The notes below the pieces were generated by a model, which saw only the letters and a program-made list of their open reading frames with translations, searched no databases and had not been told where the DNA came from. A DNA stretch of 30,446 nt from Vulcanimicrobiales bacterium (GTDB lineage Bacteria > Vulcanimicrobiota > Vulcanimicrobiia > Vulcanimicrobiales > Vulcanimicrobiaceae): assembly GCA_038215615.1 (NCBI GenBank), contig JBBQQR010000024.1:1-30446 (forward strand), given 5' to 3'. The translations under genes and the position numbers were made by a program. Below, in pieces: positions 18,413 to 27,169 of the stretch (within the stretch, counting starts at the first letter, position 1; every line of letters starts with the position of its first letter).

Positions 18413-20050
18413 TTAGGCGCCCGAAAGGCGCCAGGATGCGACGTTCCAAAATACGCTGTCGCTCGAGCCGGATTCACCGTGCAAGCGTGATGTGAACGTG
18501 TCGATCTCGCGGCGCTGGTAGATGAGGATGACTGGCAGCTCCTGATAGAGCAGCCGCTGCAGTTGCGTGTAAATTGCTTTGCGTTTGGCGAGATCGAAGG
18601 TGCTGCGGCCCGCAGCGAGCAGCGCATCGATGCGCGGATCGCAGATGCGCGACTTGTTGTAGCCGTGCGGCGGAACGTTGGCGCAGGCGAATTGATCGGT
18701 GGTGTCCGGATCGTCGCCGTTGACGAACGAATAGAGCGCGAGATTGAATTTTCCACCGTAGACGGGGCCGCCGGCGCTGACCGGCGCGACGAATTGCGTC
18801 ACGTTAAAGGCTTTGATTTCGACGCGAGCGCCGACCGTGCGTTCGTACTGCGTCACCAGGTTGCCCATGATCGCATCACCGGGTGTGGCGGCTTGAATAA
18901 CCATCAGCAAATCGAGCGGCGTGCCGTTTTTCGTGCGCACGCCATTTGCGCCCATGTGCCATCCGGCGGTTTCTAACAGCGCGCGCGCGCCGGACGGGTC
19001 GTAGGGAATATCGGGGTACGCATTCTTGTCGTACGACCAGATAAAGAGACCGCGACCGGCGTTACCGCTATTGAGTGCACCGCGGGTACCTTTTGAGACG
19101 AGGCTCCCGATGTCGATGGCTTGCGCGAGCGCATGTCGCACCCGCGGGTCATTTGCTTGCGGCGACTGGGTGTTGAAAATGATCGAACCGACGGCGCTGA
19201 CCGGTGTGCTCAGTACGCGATAGCCGTTGAGTTTGAGAAGAAGCGGATATTGCGCGTAATCCTGGGCGTTGAAGTAGCCTTGGACTTCGTGCGTCTGCAG
19301 CAGATTGAGCGCGGTTTGCGCGTCGGGAATGAAACGGACGACGAGGTGTTCGATACGCGGCTTGCCGCCGAAGTAGTACGGGTTGGCGTGCATCTCGACG
19401 CGGTCGCCGCGCAGCCAGCGGTCCACGACGTACGGACCCGAGCCGATCGGTTTGCTATCGAAATCGATCCGATTGAAGTCGGGATATTTCGCGAGTAAAT
19501 GTTTGGGCAGAATCGGAAAACCTTGCGGCGCCATCACCAGCGTGAGCAGCGGCGAGAACGGTTCCTTCAAGCGAAGAACGAGGGTAGTCGGATTGGGTGC
19601 TTGCGCGGAAGCGATGCGGTCATAGCCGTAACGCGATTGCACATTGTTTGCCGCATTGTTGATCGCGTCGATCGACCAGACGCAGTCGCTTGCGGTCAGC
19701 GGTTGTCCGTCGGCGAAGCGCACGTTTTTTCGCAGATGGTACGTTACGGTGCGGCCGTCGGCGCTGATGCCGCCGTTTGCAATGGTGGGGACAGCTGTTG
19801 CGACGTCGGGCACGAGCTCGCCGCGGTCGCCGTATTTCACCAGAAACGAGAAGAGCAATTCGCCCCACTGCGTCTGCGACTGCCCGTTTTCCAGCGCGGG
19901 GTTGAGCGACATCGGTTCGCGCTGTTGCGCGATCACGAGAGTCGATCGGCCCAGTGCGGATTGTTGCTGGGCGCTTTGGGCGCAGGCGGCGAGCGTCAGC
20001 AATAGTGCTGCTGCGACCTTTTGGCGCCCGCTCAGGATGACACTATTCAT
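18413..20050 (-). CDS. Peptide/nickel ABC transporter substrate-binding lipoprotein (family 5)
   Basis: Lipobox LAAC; TYHLRKNVRFADGQPLTASD, PIGSGPY and DPRVRHAL motifs. Confidence 0.92.
   Translation of the reverse strand: MNSVILSGRQKVAAALLLTLAACAQSAQQQSALGRSTLVIAQQREPMSLNPALENGQSQTQWGELLFSFLVKYGDRGELVPDVATAVPTIANGGISADGRTVTYHLRKNVRFADGQPLTASDCVWSIDAINNAANNVQSRYGYDRIASAQAPNPTTLVLRLKEPFSPLLTLVMAPQGFPILPKHLLAKYPDFNRIDFDSKPIGSGPYVVDRWLRGDRVEMHANPYYFGGKPRIEHLVVRFIPDAQTALNLLQTHEVQGYFNAQDYAQYPLLLKLNGYRVLSTPVSAVGSIIFNTQSPQANDPRVRHALAQAIDIGSLVSKGTRGALNSGNAGRGLFIWSYDKNAYPDIPYDPSGARALLETAGWHMGANGVRTKNGTPLDLLMVIQAATPGDAIMGNLVTQYERTVGARVEIKAFNVTQFVAPVSAGGPVYGGKFNLALYSFVNGDDPDTTDQFACANVPPHGYNKSRICDPRIDALLAAGRSTFDLAKRKAIYTQLQRLLYQELPVILIYQRREIDTFTSRLHGESGSSDSVFWNVASWRLSGA
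20028..20042. repeat. REP-like repeat, copy 3 (partial)
   Basis: CCGCTCAGGATGACA, identical to 14445-14459; within the first codons of the binding-protein gene. Confidence 0.55.
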
Positions 20051-21072
20051 CGTGACACAGCTTTCAGTTCAAATGGTAGGTTCGGGTCCGCCGATAGCGT
20101 CAGCGGGTCGACGCGCACCGCTTCGCCTTGATGTGCCGCGGCGGCGGCGATCATGGCGGCGTTGTCGGTGCAGTATTTTGGCGGCGGAATGAAGACCGGC
20201 ACGTTCATGTGCTCCCCCCAGTCGCGGAGCGCTTGCTGGAGTGCGCTGTTGGCCGCGACGCCACCGGAGAGCACTACGCTCGTATAGGGTTTTCGTTCGA
20301 ATGCCATTCCGAGGCGCTGCATCAGCACGTCGACGACGGCGGCTTGAAACGATGCGGCGATGTCGGCTTTGCTGGCCTTCCGGCCTTCGTCGGATTCGAT
20401 AAAATAGCGCACGGCCGTTTTAATTCCGGAGAAGCTCATGTCGAGCGAGCCTGGGTCGGCGCGATGGCGCGGAAACTTTATGGCTTGCGGGTTGCCGTCG
20501 CGCGCGAGCTGGTCGATTTGTGGTCCGCCGGGAAACGGAAGGCCGAGCAGGCGCGCGGATTTATCGAAGGCTTCCCCGGCAGCGTCGTCGGTTGTGCGAC
20601 CGATGACGTGCATTTGCGTCGCGCTTTCGACTTCAACCAGTTGCGAATGTCCGCCGGAAACGAGCAGCGTGAGGAAAGGGTAGCGCGGCACGGCGCCGTC
20701 GCGGTCGAGAAATGTCGCAAAGATGTGGCCGTGCAAATGATTGACGCCGTAGAGTGGTTTGTTCAGCGCGAACGCGAGCGCTTTGGCCGACGCGACGCCG
20801 ACGACGAGACTGCCGATCAGGCCCGGGCCGCGGGTGACCGCGATGCCATCGATTGCGTCAAGCGAGACGCCTGCACGCTGCGCGGCATCTTCGATCGCAG
20901 CGGTAAGAAGCGCGACGTGTTGGCGACTGGCGATCTCCGGAACGATACCGCCGTATTTTGCATGGAACGCGTCTTGGTTCGTCGCGACGCTCGAGCGCAC
21001 TCGCGCGCCATCTTCGACCACGGCGGCCGAGGTGTCGTCGCACGACGTTTCGATGCCCAGAATGATCGGCAC
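20047..21072 (-). CDS. tsaD: tRNA N6-adenosine threonylcarbamoyltransferase TsaD
   Basis: LGIETSCDDT, GGIVPEIASRQH, GPGL, NHLHGH, VSGGHS, DDAAGEAFDK, GGVAAN and CTDNAAMI motifs. Confidence 0.97.
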   Translation of the reverse strand: MPIILGIETSCDDTSAAVVEDGARVRSSVATNQDAFHAKYGGIVPEIASRQHVALLTAAIEDAAQRAGVSLDAIDGIAVTRGPGLIGSLVVGVASAKALAFALNKPLYGVNHLHGHIFATFLDRDGAVPRYPFLTLLVSGGHSQLVEVESATQMHVIGRTTDDAAGEAFDKSARLLGLPFPGGPQIDQLARDGNPQAIKFPRHRADPGSLDMSFSGIKTAVRYFIESDEGRKASKADIAASFQAAVVDVLMQRLGMAFERKPYTSVVLSGGVAANSALQQALRDWGEHMNVPVFIPPPKYCTDNAAMIAAAAAHQGEAVRVDPLTLSADPNLPFELKAVSR

Positions 21073-21159
21073 TCGTCTTCCATTAGGCCCGCCGGGGCAC
21101 GATGCATCTTTGGTGCCCGCTCACCATGACAACGTGGGTGAAGCGACGTATCTAACCGC

Positions 21160-22866
21160 ATGAGCAGGCGCTACGTCCTCGTCTTCCTTTTGGCCGCGGC
21201 GTCGCTCGTGACGTGGCTACCCGACTTACGGCGCGATTTCGGGCATCCGCTGGGTACGGCGCAGCTAGATATTAATTACAAGGGTGTGGTTACGGCAGCC
21301 GGGCCGGTGGCAGTTGCTGCCGGCGTGAGCGTGGGCGACCGCGTCGATCTTGCGGGCAAGAGTTCGGAGCTGCGTGATTCCGCGCTTTTCGCGGAAACCG
21401 CCGACGCCGGAACGGCCCTTGCGCTGCCGTTGATCTCGCACGGCCGTCATTATACGGCACGCATAACGACGACGCCGGAAACTCCTAACGTGCCGGTCGT
21501 CGTCCTGCGGCAACTCGCCGCGCTGCTGATGCTGGTCCTGGGCGCGTTTCTCGTTCTCAAGCGACCGAACATTGCAACGTGGGCCTTCTTTATCTTTGCG
21601 CTAAACGGCGGCGGGCCGGTCAACGATTTCTACCTATTGGGGCCGGTGTGGTGGTTTCCCATCGGGGACCTGTGGTCTGGAATCCTCACGTGGGTGCCTC
21701 CATTCTTTGGCGCGATCTTTGCGCTGCATCTTTTGCACGAGGGTCCGTTACCGGCGTGGCGCCGCCAACTCGAATTGGCGACCTATGCCGTAATGGTTGC
21801 GGCGGTCACGTGTGGCGTCGTCGAAATCGTGCTGTTCGTCTATTACGGTATCGATTGGGGCGAGGGCACATTTATCTCCACCGGTCTCACCCTGCTGGCG
21901 TACTTGTGCATACCGGCCATTCTCGTCGCGACGTATGCCGAGAGCAAATCGAGCACGCGCGAACGTTTGCGCTGGGTCATTTGGGCATTTTCGATCACGG
22001 CGCTGGCGGCGCTTGTGGATTTTTTTGGATCGCAAGGAAACCTCGGACTCTATCCGACGACGTATCTCGAACATTCGCTGTTGACGCTCGCGTACACGCT
22101 GGTGCCTGCCGTGGCGGTGCTGTATACGATTCTCAAACACCGCATCATAGACGTCAATGTCGCGATCAGTCGCGCAGTGGTCTATGCGGTCATCTCGACA
22201 ATCATCGTCGGAATTTTTGCGCTCGTCGATATGTTCTTTTCCAGTGCGCTTTCGGCGAGCCGCGCCGGCTTGTTTGCGGATATGGCGCTGGCCTTGGTGC
22301 TGGGCTTTTCATTTAACGCTCTGCACGCGCGGGTCGACCGGGTGATGGATTGGCTCATTTTTCGTGCGCGACACCGGGCGGAAGAGCATGTGGCGACCGT
22401 AGCCTCGGCGATTCCCTATGCGCGTTCGCAGGATCACGTCAACCGCTTACTGATTGACGAACCGGTGCGCGCCTTCGGTTTAGCCGACGGCGTGCTGATG
22501 CGCGTGAGTCCGGACGGGACGCTCGAGCTGGTGCACGCGGCGCGCGGGCGTCCGGGAAATGTGCCGACCGAAGATGCGGAGTCGCTCGTTGCGATTTTGC
22601 GGGCGCAACGCAAACCGTGGCGGCTGACCGAGCGTCACATGGCGCTGGCCATGCCCTTATTTTCCGAGATGGAGCTCGACGCGATCGCGTTTTACGGGGC
22701 GCACTCCAGCGGCACCGACATCGATGGCGACGAGGTCGCGCTCATCGAACGTTGTGCGGTAGCCGCCGGCGCCGCGCACGCGCGTTTCTGGGCAACGGCG
22801 CTGCGCGAGCGTGTGGCCGAGCTTGAAGACGAGAATGCGCAGCTGAAGGCGGCAGTAACGGGGTAA
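21160..22866 (+). CDS. Multi-pass membrane protein with PDZ-like N-terminus and GAF-like C-terminus (sensor module)
   Basis: AAGVSVGDRV (PDZ-like); many hydrophobic helices; YTILKHRIIDVNVAISRAVVY linker; GAF-like LAMPL...AFYG...DEVALIE; ends in a short coiled coil. Confidence 0.75.
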   Translation: MSRRYVLVFLLAAASLVTWLPDLRRDFGHPLGTAQLDINYKGVVTAAGPVAVAAGVSVGDRVDLAGKSSELRDSALFAETADAGTALALPLISHGRHYTARITTTPETPNVPVVVLRQLAALLMLVLGAFLVLKRPNIATWAFFIFALNGGGPVNDFYLLGPVWWFPIGDLWSGILTWVPPFFGAIFALHLLHEGPLPAWRRQLELATYAVMVAAVTCGVVEIVLFVYYGIDWGEGTFISTGLTLLAYLCIPAILVATYAESKSSTRERLRWVIWAFSITALAALVDFFGSQGNLGLYPTTYLEHSLLTLAYTLVPAVAVLYTILKHRIIDVNVAISRAVVYAVISTIIVGIFALVDMFFSSALSASRAGLFADMALALVLGFSFNALHARVDRVMDWLIFRARHRAEEHVATVASAIPYARSQDHVNRLLIDEPVRAFGLADGVLMRVSPDGTLELVHAARGRPGNVPTEDAESLVAILRAQRKPWRLTERHMALAMPLFSEMELDAIAFYGAHSSGTDIDGDEVALIERCAVAAGAAHARFWATALRERVAELEDENAQLKAAVTG

Positions 22867-22923
22867 GGCCCTGTTGCCGTGTTGCCAAAATGCGATCCGG
22901 CTGGCTTCAGCGAAGGAGCTAAC

Positions 22924-23295
22924 ATGCATATTCTAAAGGCCATAACATTTGTCGCCGTCGCTGCAGCCGTGGCCGGTTGCGGTGGTGGCAAGACAACATC
23001 GACGACTGCCGCGGTTGCCCAGCCAACCACCGAAGCCCAGCGCGAAGCCGCCGCGCTTCCACAGGTGGCTGTGGCAACGGTTCCGGGCGATCTTAAATGC
23101 GGTGCGGTCAAACCGGTTTGGGTGAACATACACAGCAAGGCTTACCACGAAGCGGGCGACCCGTATTACGGGCTCACCAAGAACGGCAAGTATATGTGTC
23201 CGTCGGAAGCGGCCGCGCAAGGATACCATGCGGCGGGCATGCAGACACACCATAAAAAGCAGGCCGCGGCCGCCACCAGCACTCCTGGGCCGTAA
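22924..23295 (+). CDS. Small lipoprotein
   Basis: SD AGGAG before ATG 22924; lipobox VAGC; conserved-looking domain VWVNIHSKAYH...YYGLTKNGKYMCPSEAAAQGYH. Confidence 0.8.
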   Translation: MHILKAITFVAVAAAVAGCGGGKTTSTTAAVAQPTTEAQREAAALPQVAVATVPGDLKCGAVKPVWVNIHSKAYHEAGDPYYGLTKNGKYMCPSEAAAQGYHAAGMQTHHKKQAAAATSTPGP

Positions 23296-23312
23296 CCCGA
23301 GATTGGATTAAG

Positions 23313-23489
23313 ATGGAACACTTTTTTATCAGCATGCTCCACGGCGCGCTATGGGCGTTCCTCATCATTCTCGCCTTGGCGGTCGTCGGCGTAATCGCGA
23401 TCGTTTCGTGGGTCATGGCCGCCCTACGTAAAACCGAATCGGCGGTGCAAACCGGCGTTTCCGACGTCGAAAGCAAATTTCGGCGCTAG
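23313..23489 (+). CDS. 58-aa single-pass membrane protein (below ORF-track cutoff)
   Basis: MEHFFISMLHGALWAFLIILALAVVGVIAIVSWVMAALRKTESAVQTGVSDVESKFRR*; fills the gap between co-oriented genes (17 and 12 nt spacers). Confidence 0.7.
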   Translation: MEHFFISMLHGALWAFLIILALAVVGVIAIVSWVMAALRKTESAVQTGVSDVESKFRR

Positions 23490-23501
23490 GACCTGCCCAC
23501 G

Positions 23502-26500
23502 ATGAAGCGTCTTTTCGCAGCCGCCCTTACCGGCATTTTTCTTGCCCCCGTTTTCGTCGTCCCGATCTTCATTACGCCGCCGGCCAGCCAGGCCAAAAGC
23601 CCACCGACGCCCGATATGACGAGCCCAACGCAAAATCTCATGAGCAAATTGCAGTGGCGCATGATCGGGCCGTTCATCGGGGGACGCGTGGTGGCCGTCG
23701 CCGGCGTGCCGAGCGAGCCGAGTTTGTTCTACATGGGCGGCGTGCAAGGCGGCGTGTGGCGCAGCAGCAACTACGGAACGAGCTGGGAGAACATCACCGA
23801 CGGCCAGAGCGCAATGATGAACGGCTACAGCATCGGTGCGCTCGCGGTGGCGCCGGGCAATCCGAAAGTCATCTACGCGGGCACGGGCGAATCCGACCCG
23901 CGCGGCGATTTTGCAACGGGCGACGGCATTTACAAGACGACCGATGCCGGCAAGACCTGGCACTACGCGGGTCTGCGCGATACGCACACCACCACGACGC
24001 TGGCGATCGATCCGCGCAATTCAAACGTCGTCTACGCGAGTTCGCTCGGGCATATGTTCGCACCAAACGCGGAGCGCGGCGTCTTTAAGACGACCGACGG
24101 CGGCGCGACGTGGACCAAAGTGCTCTACGTTGACGAGAACACCGGCGCGAACGCCGTCGCGATGGACGCGCGCAATCCCAACGTGCTCTACGCCGCGATG
24201 TGGCAAGCGTCGCGCAAGCCGTGGAATTTCACCAGCGGCGGCCCGGGAAGCGGGCTCTACAAGACCACCGACGGCGGCGCGCATTGGAGCAAGATTTCGA
24301 ACAATCCCGGATTTGCGACGGGAGTGCTCGGCAAGATTGGCGTGAGCGTATCGGCGCGCGACGGGCGCAGCGTCTATGCGATCGTGCAAGCCGGCGACGG
24401 CGGTATCTTTCATTCCAACGACGGCGGCGCCACGTGGCAGCACGTCAACAGCGAGATGAAGCTGCGCCAGCGCGCTTTTTATTACACGGCGATCTACGCC
24501 GACCCAACCGATGCGAAGGTCGCCTACGCGCCGCAAGTGGACGGCGTCTTCAAAACGACCGACAGTGGAAAAACGTGGAAGACGATTACGCGGCCGGGCG
24601 ATCATCACATCATTTGGATTAATCCGCGCAATCCGAAGATATTGCTTGAAGGCGACGACGGCGGCGCGATGGTTTCGGTGGACGGCGGCAAGACGTGGAG
24701 CTCCAAACAGAATCAGCCGACCGATCAATTTTACAAAGTCGCGATCGACAAGCAGTTTCCGTTTCACGTGTACGGCGCGTCGCAAGATCACGGCGCGTTT
24801 GAAGGACCGAGCGCGTCGGCCGAAGGCTTGGGCGCCGGCGGCTGGCACGGCGTCGCGCTGGGCGAAAGCACCTGGGTCGCGCCCGATCCGAACAATCCAA
24901 TGGTCACCTACGGCAGCGGTTACCAAAGTTCGATGGCGCGTTTTAATCGCGAGACGGGCGAGCAGAAGAACGTGAGTCCGTGGCCTAAGTATATGTCGGG
25001 CGTCTCATCGGCGGAGAGCAAATTCCGTTTCGGCTGGACGCATCCGATCTTTTTCTCGCCGTCGGAGCCGCATGAACTGCTGGTCGGCGCAAACGTTGTT
25101 TTCAAAAGCGACGATTACGGCGAGCGCTGGCAGCAGATCAGCCCCGACCTTACGCGCAACGATCCGAACACGCAAGGTCCGAGCGGCGGTCCGGTCGATC
25201 TCGATCAGACCGGCGTCGAGACGTTTCCGGATATTTCCGCGCTGGCGGTTTCGCCGTTAGCGTCGAGCCTCATGTGGGCGGGTTCGGCCGACGGCTTGGT
25301 GCACGTGACGACCGACGCGGGCGCGCATTGGAAGCTCGTGACGCCGCCGGAGTTGCCGCAATGGGCGCAGATCAGCACGATCGAACCCTCGCATGTCGTG
25401 GCCGGAACGGCGTACGTATCGGCGTCGCGCTTCCAGTGGGACGATTTCCATCCCTACCTTTATAAGACGACCGATTACGGCGCGCACTGGAGCGCGATGA
25501 CCACCGGTTTGCCCGGCGATCAGTATGTCTTCGCGGTGCGGCAGGATCCGCGCGACCCGCGCGTGCTCTTTGCGGGAACGCGCAGCACGATCTACGTGAG
25601 CTTAAACGGCGGCGGAAATTGGCAGCCGCTGACGCTCAATCTGCCGTACGTGCAGGTGCGCGATATCGCCATCGATGCGCGCCAGGGCGACGTGGTGGTT
25701 GCAACGCACGGCCGTTCGTTTTGGATTTTGGATAACCTAAGCGTGATCGAGCAGCTGGCGAACGGCGCGGGCGGTTCGCCGCTGCTCTTCGCGCCGGAGA
25801 CGGCGTGGCTGACGCACGCGTACGGTTCGGGATCTGCGCGCGCGGGCAGCGGGCAGGGTCCGACGTATGGCACGAATGTGTTCTTTAACTTGCCTGCGGA
25901 TTATAATGGTAAGGCACCTGCAACGCTAACGTTCCTGGATCCCAACGGCCGCATGGTGCGCAGCTTCGATTTCCATATGCATAACAAGAAAGAGAAGAAG
26001 CCGTCGCCGCAACAACTCGCGGCCATGGACGAAGTGCAGAGGCGGGCGCACGATCTGCACGATCTCACGGGCGCTGACCCGGGAATGAATCTCTTTGTGT
26101 GGGATATGCGCTACGCGCCCGCCAGCGAAGCGCGCGGCGTAGAGGCCTTTGGCACCGATGATTTCAGCGATACGGTGGACGGGCCGACGATCGTTCCCGG
26201 CAAGTATTCCGTCGTGCTGAGTTACGGCGGGAAGAAGTTGCAGCAGCCGTTTCGCTTGGTGCTCGATCCGCGGCTGCATCCGGCTGCAGGCGAATTGGCG
26301 GCGCGGCTGGCGCTTTCGATGCGCATTCTCGGCACGCTCGATAGTTTGAATCGCGCGGCGAATGCGGCGGGGGCGGCGCGAGCGAACCTGCCGCCCGCGA
26401 AGCGGGCGCAAGTGGATGCGGCGCTGGCGGATATGGTACAGCTCAACGTGCACCGCTCAAGCGAGAGCGATCTGGCGCACGAAAGCAAACTGCGCGATGC

Positions 26501-26630
26501 GCTGGCGTTTCTGCTCGGCTCGCTCGATCTCGCGTACCAGGCGCCGACGCCGGCGGAGTATGCGACTTACGACGAACTCCGGGCACAGGCTGCTATCGAG
26601 ATAGCGCGCTTGCGGGCGGCGATGCAATAG
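23502..26630 (+). CDS. Secreted BNR/Asp-box (VPS10/sortilin-like) beta-propeller protein, putative glycosyl hydrolase
   Basis: Signal peptide; WRMIGPFIGGRV; repeated Asp-boxes (YKTTDAGKTW, KTTDGGATW, HSNDGGATW, KTTDYGAHW); ATHGRSFWILD. Confidence 0.88.
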   Translation: MKRLFAAALTGIFLAPVFVVPIFITPPASQAKSPPTPDMTSPTQNLMSKLQWRMIGPFIGGRVVAVAGVPSEPSLFYMGGVQGGVWRSSNYGTSWENITDGQSAMMNGYSIGALAVAPGNPKVIYAGTGESDPRGDFATGDGIYKTTDAGKTWHYAGLRDTHTTTTLAIDPRNSNVVYASSLGHMFAPNAERGVFKTTDGGATWTKVLYVDENTGANAVAMDARNPNVLYAAMWQASRKPWNFTSGGPGSGLYKTTDGGAHWSKISNNPGFATGVLGKIGVSVSARDGRSVYAIVQAGDGGIFHSNDGGATWQHVNSEMKLRQRAFYYTAIYADPTDAKVAYAPQVDGVFKTTDSGKTWKTITRPGDHHIIWINPRNPKILLEGDDGGAMVSVDGGKTWSSKQNQPTDQFYKVAIDKQFPFHVYGASQDHGAFEGPSASAEGLGAGGWHGVALGESTWVAPDPNNPMVTYGSGYQSSMARFNRETGEQKNVSPWPKYMSGVSSAESKFRFGWTHPIFFSPSEPHELLVGANVVFKSDDYGERWQQISPDLTRNDPNTQGPSGGPVDLDQTGVETFPDISALAVSPLASSLMWAGSADGLVHVTTDAGAHWKLVTPPELPQWAQISTIEPSHVVAGTAYVSASRFQWDDFHPYLYKTTDYGAHWSAMTTGLPGDQYVFAVRQDPRDPRVLFAGTRSTIYVSLNGGGNWQPLTLNLPYVQVRDIAIDARQGDVVVATHGRSFWILDNLSVIEQLANGAGGSPLLFAPETAWLTHAYGSGSARAGSGQGPTYGTNVFFNLPADYNGKAPATLTFLDPNGRMVRSFDFHMHNKKEKKPSPQQLAAMDEVQRRAHDLHDLTGADPGMNLFVWDMRYAPASEARGVEAFGTDDFSDTVDGPTIVPGKYSVVLSYGGKKLQQPFRLVLDPRLHPAAGELAARLALSMRILGTLDSLNRAANAAGAARANLPPAKRAQVDAALADMVQLNVHRSSESDLAHESKLRDALAFLLGSLDLAYQAPTPAEYATYDELRAQAAIEIARLRAAMQ

Positions 26631-26635
26631 GCGAT

Positions 26636-27049
26636 CTATTGCGGTGACGTGATCATCCACTCCGTGCCGAAGCGGTCGACGATGATTCCGAACTTTCCGC
26701 CGCCGCCCCACTCCACGTCGTCGAGCGGTACGCTAATCTTGCCACCTTCGGCGAGCGCGTCGAAGACGCGTTTTCCTTCGCCTGAGCTGGAGAGCTCGAG
26801 GGATAGCGCGATGTTGCCGGCGTCGGGATCGACCGTTTTTCCTGGCGGTCCGTCGGATGCCATGAGCGCAAAGCCGGGCCCTTTAAGATCGGCGTGCATG
26901 ACTTTGTTTTGATAGTCCGGCGGAACGTCGTGGCCCATCGGCGCGCCTTCAAAACGAATGATGTTGTATTCGCCGCCGAGGACTTTCTTGTAAAACTCCA
27001 ACGCCTCTTCGCAGCGGCCATAGAAGAAAATGTACGGTTCTAATTTCAT
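26636..27049 (-). CDS. VOC/glyoxalase family protein, PhnB-like
   Basis: PYIFFYGRCEEALEFYKKV, KVMHA, LMASD, FDALAEGG and DRFGTEW motifs. Confidence 0.92.
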   Translation of the reverse strand: MKLEPYIFFYGRCEEALEFYKKVLGGEYNIIRFEGAPMGHDVPPDYQNKVMHADLKGPGFALMASDGPPGKTVDPDAGNIALSLELSSSGEGKRVFDALAEGGKISVPLDDVEWGGGGKFGIIVDRFGTEWMITSPQ

Positions 27050-27098
27050 GCCGTGTCTTTGAGCGGCGGAAACCGCTCGCCCTGGCGCCGGCGGCAGG

Positions 27099-27140
27099 TT
27101 GATTTAGCGTACACTAAAGTGTACACTAAAACGTACCCTA
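27099..27140 (+). promoter_or_regulatory. Sigma70-type promoter with overlapping antitoxin operator repeats
   Basis: TTGATT (27099-27104), 17 bp, TACACT (27122-27127); GTACACTAAA repeats at 27109 and 27121, degenerate third copy at 27133. Confidence 0.75.
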
Positions 27141-27169
27141 CGCATGAAAGCGCCTGGAGGGCACTTGCT

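Noticed and set aside
20128..21129. 333-aa + strand ORF and similar long antisense ORFs (e.g. 24021-24926, 12796-13533)
   Set aside because: Antisense shadows of conserved genes, expected at high GC.
23930..25490. Recurring AAGACGACCGA...TGG DNA repeats as a possible CRISPR or repeat array
   Set aside because: Irregular spacing, in frame, and explained by protein Asp-box repeats.
27061..27078. Hairpin GAGCGG-CGGAAA-CCGCTC as a terminator
   Set aside because: It lies in a divergent promoter region with no gene ending there and no proper U-tract; role unclear.
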